DNA of 64,000 nt from an uncultured Desulfospira sp. (GTDB taxonomy: Bacteria > Desulfobacterota > Desulfobacteria > Desulfobacterales > Desulfobacteraceae), in assembly GCA_963663165.1 (NCBI GenBank), contig OY760175.1, positions 544,001 to 608,000 of the forward strand, in the 5' to 3' direction. Under the pieces are notes generated by a model, which saw only the letters and a list, made by a program, of their open reading frames with translations, was not told where the DNA came from and ran no database searches. Within the stretch, counting starts at the first letter, position 1. Each line of letters opens with the position of its first letter. A program made the position numbers and the translations under genes. Positions 48,580-58,974 of the stretch are shown here, piece by piece.

Positions 48580-49401
48580 ATGAAACTAAGAAAAGCGCTT
48601 GATAAGGCTAAAGAAGATAGAGGCGATGTCCAGGCTCCGGAAATGGAACCCCAGGTTCAGACCAGTGCGCCTGCCCCGACGGCAGGCCCTGCCGTCCCCC
48701 AGAAAAACGGTGACGCCTGGAAATCGCCGACCTATTCGGATTCCATTCAACACCGGATTGACCTTGGGGTGGTGGAAAAAAACCGCGGGGTCAGCATTAA
48801 TCCGGATTCCAAAGAGATTGAACGGTATAAGATCTTAAGGACCCGGATCCATCATCAGGCCAAGAACCGGAAACTGAATACCATCATGGTTACCAGTCCC
48901 CACCCCAATGAGGGGAAAACCGTGACCACCATCAACATGGGGCTGGCCTTTGCCAAGGATTTAAAGCAGACCGTCCTTCTGGTGGACTGTGATTTCAAAG
49001 GCCAGGATATTCATAAATACTTAGGGATTGAGAGCAAGTACAGTCTTATAGATTATTTTCTGGATGATGTGCCCATGAACCGGCTGATCATCTGGCCGGG
49101 GATTGATAAACTGACCCTGATTTCAGGGGACCGGACAGTCCAGGATTCTTCCGAGCTGCTGTCTTCTGAAATGATGGAATCCCTGGTCAAAGAAATGGGG
49201 GATCGGTATGATGACCGGTATGTGTTTTTTGATGCGCCGCCGGTGCTGGAACGTTCAGAAGCCATTTCATTGGCCCCCATGATGGACGGGATCATCATGG
49301 TTGTTGAAGCGGGACAGACCTCCAAAAAGGATGTCAACAAAGCCCTTTCCATGATCCCTCAAGACAAATTGCTTGGGTTCGTTTTAAACAAGCAGGAATA
49401 A
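48580..49401 (+). CDS. CpsD/CapB-family BY-kinase-like ATPase domain
   Basis: TSPHPNEGKT, LLVDCD, FDAPP, LGFVLN. Confidence 0.88.
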   Translation: MKLRKALDKAKEDRGDVQAPEMEPQVQTSAPAPTAGPAVPQKNGDAWKSPTYSDSIQHRIDLGVVEKNRGVSINPDSKEIERYKILRTRIHHQAKNRKLNTIMVTSPHPNEGKTVTTINMGLAFAKDLKQTVLLVDCDFKGQDIHKYLGIESKYSLIDYFLDDVPMNRLIIWPGIDKLTLISGDRTVQDSSELLSSEMMESLVKEMGDRYDDRYVFFDAPPVLERSEAISLAPMMDGIIMVVEAGQTSKKDVNKALSMIPQDKLLGFVLNKQE

Positions 49402-49407
49402 CATCCC

Positions 49408-50532
49408 ATGTATAAAGAACATTTCGGGTTCAGGGAAAAACCCTTTAACCTGGTCCCCAATCCGGCATACCTGTTTCTTTCTTCAAAACATGCCAATGCG
49501 CTGACCTTTCTTGAGTACGGCCTGACTGAAAAGGTGGGGTTTGTCATGCTGACCGGTGAAATCGGAATCGGTAAAACCACCCTGGTCAGGCACCTGCTCA
49601 ACCAGGTTGAAAAAGAAATGGATGTGGCGGTTATTTTTAATACCAATGTCCTGTCCGATGACCTGATCAATATGATCTTAACGGAATTCGAAATTGAGTA
49701 TGAGGATGGGATCGGCAAGGCCAAAGCCCTGGAGATACTGTATAATTTTTTAATTCAGCGGTACAGCCAGGGCAGAAATGTTCTGTTGATCATTGATGAG
49801 GCCCAGAACCTGACCCAGGAGGTTCTCGAAGAGATCCGGATGCTGTCCAATCTTCAGACCGATGAGGACATGCTGCTTCAGATCATGATCGTCGGACAGC
49901 CGGAACTTCGGGATAAAATCCAGGACCCGAGGCTTGAGCAGTTTGCCCAGAGGATTGCGGTCAGTTACCATTTATCGGCCATGACTCTGGAGGAGACCTG
50001 CGAATATATCGCCTATCGGGTGGAAAAGGCCGGGGGACGGCCGGACCTTTTCCTGCCGGAGGCGGTGGAGATTATTTTTGAGGCTTCGGCCGGGATCCCC
50101 AGAACCATTAACCTGCTCTGTGATGCTGCTCTGGTCTACGGATATGCCGATGAAAAACATGAAATTGATTCGGCGGTCGTGGATCAGGTTATTGAAGATA
50201 AGGGCGGTATCGGGGTATTTATCCGGGAGCGGCAGATTCTAAAGCCCGATCTTGGCGGGGTTGCCGCCCCCGCCGTGGCAGCGCCCAACGCATCTGCAGA
50301 TATTCTGGACCGGATCACCCGGGTGGAAGATGCGTTTGCCCAGCTTAAATCCTGTTATCAGGCCTGTTATTCTGAAATGGATGCCAGGGCAACATTCTGC
50401 CGGGATGAGATGGTGGACGGCCTTAAAAATGCCCTGTCCCTTGAGCGGGAAAAAAACCAGGAATTGGCCGTTCAATATGGACGGATCAAAGAACGGTATA
50501 ATCTGCTGGTAAGGCAGATCAACAAAGCCTGA
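49408..50532 (+). CDS. ExeA-like AAA ATPase, PEP-CTERM/exosortase-associated
   Basis: FGFREKPF, GEIGIGKTT, IIDEAQNL, GQPEL, GIPRTINLLCD. Confidence 0.9.
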   Translation: MYKEHFGFREKPFNLVPNPAYLFLSSKHANALTFLEYGLTEKVGFVMLTGEIGIGKTTLVRHLLNQVEKEMDVAVIFNTNVLSDDLINMILTEFEIEYEDGIGKAKALEILYNFLIQRYSQGRNVLLIIDEAQNLTQEVLEEIRMLSNLQTDEDMLLQIMIVGQPELRDKIQDPRLEQFAQRIAVSYHLSAMTLEETCEYIAYRVEKAGGRPDLFLPEAVEIIFEASAGIPRTINLLCDAALVYGYADEKHEIDSAVVDQVIEDKGGIGVFIRERQILKPDLGGVAAPAVAAPNASADILDRITRVEDAFAQLKSCYQACYSEMDARATFCRDEMVDGLKNALSLEREKNQELAVQYGRIKERYNLLVRQINKA

Positions 50533-50644
50533 ATCATCACAGGCAAACCCATATACCTTGCCTATCGTTGCATGGCCCGCTCCTACCCTACCGCTCAAAC
50601 CAGGGAACTTGACATATTCGGCCTCCCGTCTCCATTCTTTATCC

Positions 50645-52393
50645 TTAGTCCCCGGCAAGCCTGCGGTCATACATGGAGCCCACTCCATATTCATCCCGCC
50701 GCATGAACTTGTCCGTATCCGGTCCGATGAGCTGCATTTCCGGATTTTTCTGCAACACATCCCTTGCAATTCTCATTTCTTTTGTGCAGCCTGTGCTGTA
50801 GGTTGCATCCTTTCCGATCCATTCCGGCGGTATCTTTTTATCCATAAGCGCGAAACTTTGTTCAATATCATCAGCGGTCTGGAACCGCCAGATGTCAATG
50901 TAGGAACTTCTCTGAACGATTTCCCACATGTACATCAGATCGTCTGCATCCATTCCCGGTTCATAGTATAACGACGGGTTGATAATAAACAGGTTGCTTG
51001 ACCGGCTTTGCAGGTGGTCAATAAATACGGTCATGATTTTTTTTGCCACGTCAATTTTTCCGGGGAGGGAACCAATAATGCCGCTGTAAAACATCACGGT
51101 CATGTTTCTGGCTTTGGCCGCCTTCATCTGATCGATAATGGCCCCGGCCTTTTCTTCAAGGTCCTGGTGGGAAAAGTTTATAAAATCAGGATGCCTTGGC
51201 TTATAAATGATGAAAAGCCCTTTGCCGGCTTCCGGGCTGATATTGATAATGTCTCTTGTAAATTTAAAATTGGTATTGATCAGGCGGTTTTTCTGGTTTT
51301 CCCCCCTTGAAACAATGAGATCCGATTCTTTGAAAACCCTTGCAAAGGTGGTGGATGCCAGCAGAAGGTTAAGATCTTCCCTTGTCCCGTCAGACACCAC
51401 GTAAATATTGGCTTCCTGCTTAAGGCATTGGACCAACCGGTTTTTGGAAATGGTTTTGTCGTGGATGAAATGGACATTTTCAAGCTCATTGATCAGGGTC
51501 GGGTCCGTCCGGGTATCCCTAAGGCAGACATGCTTATAAAAAGAGCCTTCCTTAACCACTATAATCACCGTATGGCCGAGATTGGCAAGAAATTTGGCAA
51601 TTCTTATATCCACCACAAAAGAGCCTGAATCATCGGACAGCCAGAGGATCTTGCTTTTTCGTTCCCGGATCAGCTCAATTAAAATTTGAAGCCCCTCCCC
51701 ATGAATGTTGGTGTTGAAAATATTATGAAATTCCCGGAGACCTGGAATTTTCATATTTTTTTCTTTCCAGAGATCCGAACGGGTATACAGGCTTAACAAC
51801 CGCTTAAGCTCAATTTCTTTTATTTTTTCCTTTAATTCCTCCAGGCACAGGTTCTTAATGTCGGTCAGGGCCCCGTCAATTTTATTTAACGCCTTTTTAA
51901 AGGTTTCTGAATTGAACAGCCGTGCCGCTTGCCTGTTCTCCTGCTGTTTTTCCCGGGAATAGGGGTCTTCAATATGGGTCCTGCTCAAAAAAATTTTATA
52001 CAGCCTTTTTTCAAGTCTTGAGGGAATGATCAGGCCCGATTCTACCTCATGGTCATATTTGATCTTGATTAAGGCCTTTAAAAATTTACGGTCATATTCC
52101 TGCTCAATAAATTCATCCACAAGGGATATGACCCGGTTATAGACTTGCTGGTACGCCCGCATTAAATATTCCGGCCTTTTCCTGGACATTATGGCGTCAA
52201 AGGTCTTATCAGAACAAGGATAATAGATTGAGCCCTCATCGGAGTAGACCATAAATTCAGTCTGTTCCGGTGTGCCCACCTTGGTGGGATAGGCAAAGGG
52301 GTCAATGTGGTTTTCCAGGAAAAATGCGGTCAGCCATGCATCATGATCGGGGTTTCGGGTGATTTTAGAAGGTTTGGCAGGTTTTTTCGGCAT
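50645..52393 (-). CDS. Conserved protein with ARMT1/DUF89-like domain
   Basis: 582 aa; LWLSDDSG..VVD..VVKEG resembles the DUF89 core. Confidence 0.6.
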   Translation of the reverse strand: MPKKPAKPSKITRNPDHDAWLTAFFLENHIDPFAYPTKVGTPEQTEFMVYSDEGSIYYPCSDKTFDAIMSRKRPEYLMRAYQQVYNRVISLVDEFIEQEYDRKFLKALIKIKYDHEVESGLIIPSRLEKRLYKIFLSRTHIEDPYSREKQQENRQAARLFNSETFKKALNKIDGALTDIKNLCLEELKEKIKEIELKRLLSLYTRSDLWKEKNMKIPGLREFHNIFNTNIHGEGLQILIELIRERKSKILWLSDDSGSFVVDIRIAKFLANLGHTVIIVVKEGSFYKHVCLRDTRTDPTLINELENVHFIHDKTISKNRLVQCLKQEANIYVVSDGTREDLNLLLASTTFARVFKESDLIVSRGENQKNRLINTNFKFTRDIINISPEAGKGLFIIYKPRHPDFINFSHQDLEEKAGAIIDQMKAAKARNMTVMFYSGIIGSLPGKIDVAKKIMTVFIDHLQSRSSNLFIINPSLYYEPGMDADDLMYMWEIVQRSSYIDIWRFQTADDIEQSFALMDKKIPPEWIGKDATYSTGCTKEMRIARDVLQKNPEMQLIGPDTDKFMRRDEYGVGSMYDRRLAGD

Positions 52394-52410
52394 TGGCGGT
52401 CCTTTGGTTA

Positions 52411-52485
52411 ATAAGATAATGGGGTCAAACCTTGATTATGGCCTTTTCTAAAGGCCATAATCAAGGTTTGACCCCATTATCTTAT
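52411..52485. repeat. Perfect palindrome, 36-bp arms
   Basis: ATAAGATAATGGGGTCAAACCTTGATTATGGCCTTT-TCT-reverse complement. Confidence 0.92.
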
Positions 52486-52617
52486 CTGTTGACGTATCCG
52501 GATATGGAATTTATGCTGAATCAAAATATATACCTAAATGTATTCAATTAGAATCGAAAGTATGGACAATGGCTGCTTATTTGTCAACGGCAGAAGCACC
52601 GTGAAACAGGAAATTTA

Positions 52618-53256
52618 ATGGATGAGAAGACCGCATTAGAGGTGTTGGGGCTGACCAGGCCGGTGGGGGCAGATGAGCTGAAAAAGGTTTTCCGGGCCAT
52701 GGCCAAACGGTATCATCCTGATTTTTCGGTTGCCTCAGGCCTTGATGTTGAAAAAGCCGATGCCCGGATGAAGCAGATTAATATGGCATTCGGGGTTCTG
52801 GCTTGCCGGTGTCCGGCCCAGCCTGTCAGCAAACCTGAAGCCTCAGGCGGCCCGGAGGGGAAAAGGCCGGGAAAGTCGTTTTTTTCAAAAATGGTTAAAA
52901 ATTTCAAACAACGGGCCAAGATCAAGCCGGTCCAACAAGACAGATTTTCTCCAAACAAGCCGCCTGTCAGAGAGCCAAAGGATTTCAGAACAAATAAGGG
53001 CCGCCGGATTAAAGGGTTTGATCAGGTGCTGGTGCAAAGTTTCCGGCAGGCAGGCATTTCAGGCCGCAACGAACCTGCCGGCCCAAGCCGTATCCGGGTT
53101 AAGTCATGTGGTTCCCCCTATGAGAATTACATGAAGCATATGGCGCTGAAAGATAGGGTTGAAACAAGAAAAAGAATATTGAAGCAGGATCTGCCGGACA
53201 GGATTGAAAAAATATCACCGGTCAGGAAAGTCTCGCCAATGAGTAATGGTGAGTAA
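52618..53256 (+). CDS. J-domain protein
   Basis: ALEVLGL..LKKVFRAMAKRYHPD..MKQINMAFGVL. Confidence 0.85.
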   Translation: MDEKTALEVLGLTRPVGADELKKVFRAMAKRYHPDFSVASGLDVEKADARMKQINMAFGVLACRCPAQPVSKPEASGGPEGKRPGKSFFSKMVKNFKQRAKIKPVQQDRFSPNKPPVREPKDFRTNKGRRIKGFDQVLVQSFRQAGISGRNEPAGPSRIRVKSCGSPYENYMKHMALKDRVETRKRILKQDLPDRIEKISPVRKVSPMSNGE

Positions 53257-53321
53257 TGGGGTCAAACCTTGATTATGGTCTTTTTTAAAGACCATAATCA
53301 AGGTTTGACCCCATTACTCAC
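53249..53321. repeat. Perfect palindrome, 35-bp arms; possible bidirectional terminator
   Basis: Same core as 52411; contains the stop codons of both convergent genes. Confidence 0.9.
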
Positions 53322-53813
53322 TGCTTGCCCTGTGTTTAATTCAATGAGCCGGATACCGGTTTTGTCCACAATGGCGTAAGATGCCACCCGGTCTCTGGGG
53401 CGGGCAATGGAACCGGGATTGAGGTAAATGCGGCCGTCTTTTTGCGTAAGCCAGCTCGAATGGGTATGGCCCTGGACAATGATCTGTGCATTATCCGGTA
53501 TCCGGGGGATGGCATGGCCATGGTGAAGAAAAAAACAGCGGCCTGCGGCAGTGAATTCGAGCTGATAATCATATCCCGGGGAAAACGATGGTTCATCACA
53601 GTTGCCGTACACATAATAAAACGGCAGGCTGAGGTCAGACACCGCATTTTTAATGGATTCCGGGCTGTAATCGGGATCGGCAAAACTGCCGTACCGGGTG
53701 TCAAAAAGATCCCCGGCCACCACCAATCCGTCTCCAGGGGCCATCAGTGCCCTTATGGTCAGCCAGGCTGAGAAATTGCCGTGAATATCTCCTGTGATCA
53801 ATAACCGTTCCAT
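53298..53813 (-). CDS. YfcE-family metallophosphoesterase
   Basis: GDIHGN, AGD, GNCD, HHGH, GHTH, NPGS. Confidence 0.9.
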   Translation of the reverse strand: MERLLITGDIHGNFSAWLTIRALMAPGDGLVVAGDLFDTRYGSFADPDYSPESIKNAVSDLSLPFYYVYGNCDEPSFSPGYDYQLEFTAAGRCFFLHHGHAIPRIPDNAQIIVQGHTHSSWLTQKDGRIYLNPGSIARPRDRVASYAIVDKTGIRLIELNTGQAVSNGVKP

Positions 53814-53857
53814 AAACAGGCCTCCTTGCCGGATTTGCGCCCCATTGATACAGCGGG

Positions 53858-55111
53858 TCAGCTATAGGGCTTTAATGCGGCGATTCTCGCCAGAACCGGT
53901 GGATGGGAATAGTTCAAAAACACATAAAACGGATGGGGGGTCAGGTTGGACAGGTTGTGGGCGGACAGTTTTTTTAAGGCGTCCGCCAGGGGGGCGCCGG
54001 ATGAGGTAGTCTCAGCGGCAAACCGGTCGGCCTCATATTCGTATTTTCTGGAAAATATCTGGGTTAAAAGGGAGATCACCATGTCAATGGGGGAAAACAG
54101 CATGGCAAAGAAAATAAGCCCGGCATAGACCGATGGTTCTTGAACATAAAACGCCTTAAACAGGGGTGGGTGGCTGATAAAAATGGACAACAAAAAAAAG
54201 ATTACCCCCATTTGAAGGATGCCCAGGGCCATCTGCCGGATAATATGCTTTTTCTTGAAATGCCCCATTTCATGGGCCAGAACCGCCACGAGTTCTTCAA
54301 CCGTATGCTGGCGGATCAGGGTGTCATAAAGAACAATCCGTTTGTTTTTACCAAAGCCTGTGAAAAACGCATTGGACTTGGTACTCCGCCTGGACCCGTC
54401 CATGACAAAAATGTTGGTAAGGGAAAAAGAAATGGAATTGGCATAATCATGGATAGCCTGTTTTAAAGGCCCCTGTTCCAGTGGCGTGAATTTGTTGAAA
54501 AGGGGCATGATCCACGTGGGCACAATATACTGGACAGCCAGAATAAAGATGGTGGCCGCGGCCCAGCAGTATATCCAGGCCAAACCGCCGAAAGATTCCA
54601 GAAACCAGAGGATCAGCGACAGGATCGGGGCACCGATGATCACAGTCAGGGCCGTGGACCGTAAAATGTCCAGGAAAAATAAAGGTTTTGTGGTTTTATT
54701 AAAGCCGAATTTTTCTTCAATCACAAAGGTGGAATAAAAATTAAACGGGATTGAAATGACCAGTTTGAGCAGGATCAGGATGCCGATAAAAATTAACCCG
54801 CTCAATATGGAGTTGCAGCCCAGTCCTCTGACAAGGGTGTCCAGATACCGGAACCCGCCCAGAAACCAGAATCCGAGAACCAGGACAAGATCAATAGATT
54901 CGGACATAATGCCGAATCCCGTGGTTGCCTTGAGGTACTGTTGAGACTTTAAATACTTCTCGTGGTCGTATACCCCTTGAAATTCCGGGGGAAGCCCCTG
55001 GTCAAGGCAGCTGAGGTTAAGGATGTCGGCAACCATGTTCAGCAAATAGCCGGCAATCAAGGCGGTTAGAATGATGCCGGCAATCAGCTGTTCGGAAAAA
55101 AGAAAATGCAT
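53858..55111 (-). CDS. M48 (Ste24/CAAX-type) metallopeptidase
   Basis: NAFFTGFG, LAHEMGH, EYEADRFA, YSHPP. Confidence 0.92.
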   Translation of the reverse strand: MHFLFSEQLIAGIILTALIAGYLLNMVADILNLSCLDQGLPPEFQGVYDHEKYLKSQQYLKATTGFGIMSESIDLVLVLGFWFLGGFRYLDTLVRGLGCNSILSGLIFIGILILLKLVISIPFNFYSTFVIEEKFGFNKTTKPLFFLDILRSTALTVIIGAPILSLILWFLESFGGLAWIYCWAAATIFILAVQYIVPTWIMPLFNKFTPLEQGPLKQAIHDYANSISFSLTNIFVMDGSRRSTKSNAFFTGFGKNKRIVLYDTLIRQHTVEELVAVLAHEMGHFKKKHIIRQMALGILQMGVIFFLLSIFISHPPLFKAFYVQEPSVYAGLIFFAMLFSPIDMVISLLTQIFSRKYEYEADRFAAETTSSGAPLADALKKLSAHNLSNLTPHPFYVFLNYSHPPVLARIAALKPYS

Positions 55112-55121
55112 TGAATGGAAA

Positions 55122-55403
55122 TTATGAGTTGATCTGTTCCCTGAGTTTACCCGAGCATTTAAATGTTACCACGCGTCTGGCAGGCAGGGTCATTTCTTCG
55201 TCTGTGGCAGGGTTTCGTCCTTTTCTGGCCTTTTTTTCATTTACACAGAATTTTCCGAATCCGCTGATCATGATGTCTTCGCCGTTTTCGATGGTTTCTT
55301 TTATGATTTCAAGAAATTCTTCCATGATTTCATAGGTGGTTGTCCTTGACAGCTGCAGCTGATCCTGTATTTTTTCTGCAATCAGGGTTTTTGTTAATGC
55401 CAT
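55122..55403 (-). CDS. ihfA: Integration host factor alpha-like subunit
   Basis: MALTK, ISGFGKF, RKGRNPAT, ARRVVTFK.SGKLR. Confidence 0.88.
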   Translation of the reverse strand: MALTKTLIAEKIQDQLQLSRTTTYEIMEEFLEIIKETIENGEDIMISGFGKFCVNEKKARKGRNPATDEEMTLPARRVVTFKCSGKLREQINS

Positions 55404-55747
55404 GAAATTTACTCCTGCAATGTAATCCGTAATTTACCAACTCGTTTAAGCAAAATGAAAGCTAAAATACTTTAAAAACAATGGGCTTGTCAAGCCGGTT
55501 GATGGACTTAATCAGTAAAAAATATTTAAAATCACCAGAAATTTAGACGCATTTAATATAAGTGAATCTCTTTGGGATTGTTTATTTACAGATGGTTTGC
55601 TATTTTGTCTTGATTGACCGTTAGATTAGTTTTAAAGGAAAAATTTTTTAAAGTCAAACAATTTTAATATGTTAAGTTTCTATCCGGCGGCGGGCCACAC
55701 CAGGACCAAACAGTTTATTCTGCCCGTTGCCATTCAGCGGGGGGACC

Positions 55748-57121
55748 ATGGACCATATCAGGGCAATCAGCCCTTTGGACGGGCGGTATCACAGCCTGAC
55801 CGAAGCACTTGGTGAAATTTTCAGTGAATACGGGCTTATTCGCCACAGGGTGATGGTTGAGGCCCAGTGGCTTAAATTTATATTAAATGATTTAGAGCTG
55901 GCCGGTGACCATGGCCTTGACCTTTCGCCGGTGGATGCCATTGCCCACGACTTTACCCCTGAGCATGCCCTGGAAATAAAGGCCATTGAAAAAAAGACCA
56001 ACCATGACGTTAAGGCCGTTGAATATTTTATTAAGGACCGGCTGGACAGGGCAGGGCTCTCCGGTATCCGGGAATGGGTTCATTTTGCCTGTACATCGGA
56101 TGATATCAACAATACCGCTTACGCCCTGATGCTGGATGAGGGCCGAAAGGTGGTCCTGACCCAGTTGGAAGACTGTCTCAATAAGATTGAAGAAAAGGCC
56201 CTGGCCTATAAATCCATTCCCATGATGTCACGGACCCATGGCCAGCCCGCAAGCCCCACAACCGCCGGAAAGGAATTTGTCAATTTTGCCTGGCGGCTGC
56301 GTCAGGAATTTAATCTGCTGGCGCAAAAAAAAGTCCAGGCCAAAATCAACGGGGCAACCGGCAACTATAATGCCCATTATTTTGTTTTTCCGGAGGTTGA
56401 CTGGATCAAGGCGTCAGAGCAGTTTGTATCCCAATATCTTCACCTTGAGCCGGTATTGTTTACCACCCAGATCAATCCCAATGCGGCCTTATCCTTTATT
56501 CTGCATTCACTGGTCAGAACAGCGGCCATTTTCATTGACCTGGACCGGGACATGTGGGGGTATATCAGCCTTGGGTATTTCAAACAGCAGGTTAAAGAAG
56601 GCGAGACCGGTTCTTCCACCATGCCCCATAAGGTGAATCCCATTGATTTTGAAAACAGTGAGGGGAATATGGGGCTGGCCATCTCAATGATGGAACATCT
56701 GGCCGTTAAACTTCAAAATTCCAGATTTCAGAGGGATTTAACAGACTCCACCGTGCTCAGGAGCCTGGGGTCCGCCTTTGGATATTTTTATATTGGGATG
56801 AAAAACTGCCTTAAAGGCCTTGGAAAGGTGGATATCAATCCGGAAGTAACGGCCCGGGATCTTGACAACAACCCTGAGCTTTTGGCCGAGCCCTTCCAGA
56901 CCGCCATGAGGGTGTTTGGTGAGAGCAACCCCTATGAGCGCCTCAAGGAACTGACCCGGGGCCGAAAAATCGGGAACAAAGAGCTGATCGCTTTTGTCGA
57001 CAACCTTGAAAAAGTCCCTGAAGATTACAAAGACAGAATGAAAAACCTGTCTTCAAAAACCTATGTGGGGCTTGCCCAAAAACTGGTTGGCCTGTATTTT
57101 GAACAGAAAAAAAGCCTTTAA
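55748..57121 (+). CDS. purB: Adenylosuccinate lyase
   Basis: SPLDGRY, TNHDVKAVEY, RTHGQPA, GSSTMPHKVNPIDFENSEGN. Confidence 0.96.
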   Translation: MDHIRAISPLDGRYHSLTEALGEIFSEYGLIRHRVMVEAQWLKFILNDLELAGDHGLDLSPVDAIAHDFTPEHALEIKAIEKKTNHDVKAVEYFIKDRLDRAGLSGIREWVHFACTSDDINNTAYALMLDEGRKVVLTQLEDCLNKIEEKALAYKSIPMMSRTHGQPASPTTAGKEFVNFAWRLRQEFNLLAQKKVQAKINGATGNYNAHYFVFPEVDWIKASEQFVSQYLHLEPVLFTTQINPNAALSFILHSLVRTAAIFIDLDRDMWGYISLGYFKQQVKEGETGSSTMPHKVNPIDFENSEGNMGLAISMMEHLAVKLQNSRFQRDLTDSTVLRSLGSAFGYFYIGMKNCLKGLGKVDINPEVTARDLDNNPELLAEPFQTAMRVFGESNPYERLKELTRGRKIGNKELIAFVDNLEKVPEDYKDRMKNLSSKTYVGLAQKLVGLYFEQKKSL

Positions 57122-57135
57122 TAAGGGGGCGACGC

Positions 57136-57471
57136 TTACTGAACCAAATGGGGGACTTTGGCGTTGAAGCTGCTCAGATACCAGGGGGCTGATTTATATT
57201 GCAGCCGGCTCAGTCCCTTGGTTTCAAAAGAGGTGATGGCAAGCTGAAAGGTGTGGTAATCAATTTCAATATCGTCCCATCCAAGGTATTTCAAGCGTTT
57301 GTTTGCCTGGTAATGGGACATGTCCGGGTTGATCAGAAAGGCGTTGGCAAGGCTTCGTATAAACCCTGGAATTAAAGAGGCTTCCACCCCGTTTTCGATT
57401 AATTTGTTGATGAGTTTCTGGTCTACGATCGTCATTTTGTTTGAATCTTTTTTTAGCTTGGATTTTGCCAT
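57136..57471 (-). CDS. Hypothetical protein
   Basis: Plausible ORF (IPGFIRSL..RLKYLGWDD); start uncertain. Confidence 0.55.
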   Translation of the reverse strand: MAKSKLKKDSNKMTIVDQKLINKLIENGVEASLIPGFIRSLANAFLINPDMSHYQANKRLKYLGWDDIEIDYHTFQLAITSFETKGLSRLQYKSAPWYLSSFNAKVPHLVQ

Positions 57472-57788
57472 AATGCCATCAATACTATTAAAGTTTAATA
57501 CCAGGGTCAATCCGGATTAAAAAGGTTTCTTATATCGGCCCAATGTCAATATTCAGGAATCTGAACAGTTCCACGGACGAAAGGCAGATTTATCAAAAAA
57601 AAATCCCTGTTTTCCTTTGATTTTGTGACAAAAACTCAATATTTTTAAGAAAACAGACCGGCTATGGGTTGTGTTTTGTTCCATGGTACTTTAAAACTTA
57701 AGGCAGGGCGGCGGTTATCCGGGAAGCAGACCGGCACCACGTTCGTTAAAGCCCACAGACGATAATTGTAAAACAAAGCAGGATCACC

Positions 57789-58064
57789 ATGACCGTTGAC
57801 CAAGACTTACTAGAAGTGATTTTATCCATAGATAATACCAAAGACCTGGACGGGTTCTTTAAAGATATATTTACCCCCGCAGAAAGGGATGATATTTCCC
57901 TTAGGTGGAAATTGCTAAAGGATCTGTATCAGGGCATGACCCAGAGAAAGATTGCAGAAAAATACGGCATCAGCCTGTGCAAGATAACAAGGGGCTCCAA
58001 GGTCCTTAAACAGGATGGGTCCACGGCCTTAAAAGTATTGGACCGGTTATCTGGGAAAAAATAA
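57789..58064 (+). CDS. TrpR/YerC-family repressor
   Basis: IFTPAERDDISLRW, TQRKIAEKYGISLCKITRGS. Confidence 0.85.
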   Translation: MTVDQDLLEVILSIDNTKDLDGFFKDIFTPAERDDISLRWKLLKDLYQGMTQRKIAEKYGISLCKITRGSKVLKQDGSTALKVLDRLSGKK

Positions 58065-58655
58065 AAGCGCTAAAGCCAGTTCCGACCACAGTTCCATGTT
58101 CAACTCTTTCAAGGACCTGGTTTCAACCCACTGAAATTGGGACAGCTCCTCCCCCGGGCGATACTGTTCCGGCTGGCCGGTCAGTATCCGGAACACAGCA
58201 CCCGTATGGACACTGCCCACATCGGTGATTTCTTCGTTAATAAGGCCTTTAAATTCAAGGCGGTCCTCTAAAGGCCTTTGGGCAAGCTCTTCGGTAAGCT
58301 CTCTGTTCATGCCGGCCAGCAGTATGTCTTTAAAAGAGGGGTCTGCTGACGCCTGGTCTTCAGGATTAATATGGCCGCCGATGCCAAGGGACCACAGATC
58401 ATGGAGCCGTTGTTCGCTGCCCTGGCGCTTGTAAACGGCGGTTTGTGATGCATCCTGTGTCTGAAGAACGATATAGGGAATAATTTGTTTTAAGGTGTTG
58501 TCATTTTCAGCTTCAGGCCGGTTGACAAATAAGTATCCTGCCTGGGTGCAAACACGAATAAACTCATCAAACGCCACAGGGGTGACGCTTCTTTCTCCTA
58601 CCCATGGTGCTGGCAGATTTTTTCGGGGAATGCATAAAATTTTTTCTTTGGCCAC
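58047..58655 (-). CDS. NUDIX-like phosphoesterase
   Basis: KQIIPYIV, SLGIGGHIN, RELTEEL, VHTG. Confidence 0.8.
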   Translation of the reverse strand: MAKEKILCIPRKNLPAPWVGERSVTPVAFDEFIRVCTQAGYLFVNRPEAENDNTLKQIIPYIVLQTQDASQTAVYKRQGSEQRLHDLWSLGIGGHINPEDQASADPSFKDILLAGMNRELTEELAQRPLEDRLEFKGLINEEITDVGSVHTGAVFRILTGQPEQYRPGEELSQFQWVETRSLKELNMELWSELALALLFFPR

Positions 58656-58974
58656 AATAAATCCCTATATATTTAACAGCGCTTTGTTTTTTGTTTTTCC
58701 GCAACCGGCAGACAGCTGACGGCCGATCAATACATCGGCTTTTCATATCACATTTATTATGGTAAGGGAAACGAGTGTAAGCATCAGGGAGATGGCACGT
58801 GGTCTGCCCTGTGACGATTTAATTTTGATGATAAGGATAAAGAAGGGAGACCGGAAGAAGGGAGACGGGAAATCGGATTTGCAGTTCCCTTAGGCTGAGG
58901 CCGATTTCCAGAATCCGGCTATCCGGTCTGCGGTCTCCTTTCCTCCGATCTCCTTGCATTATGAAAGGAAGTTC

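Noticed and set aside
55680..55747. Purine/ZTP riboswitch upstream of purB
   Set aside because: No recognisable consensus motifs
57686..57706. Possible TrpR/YerC operator TACTTTA-N5-TAAGGCA or trp attenuator
   Set aside because: Only a weak palindrome; the short upstream ORF has no Trp codons
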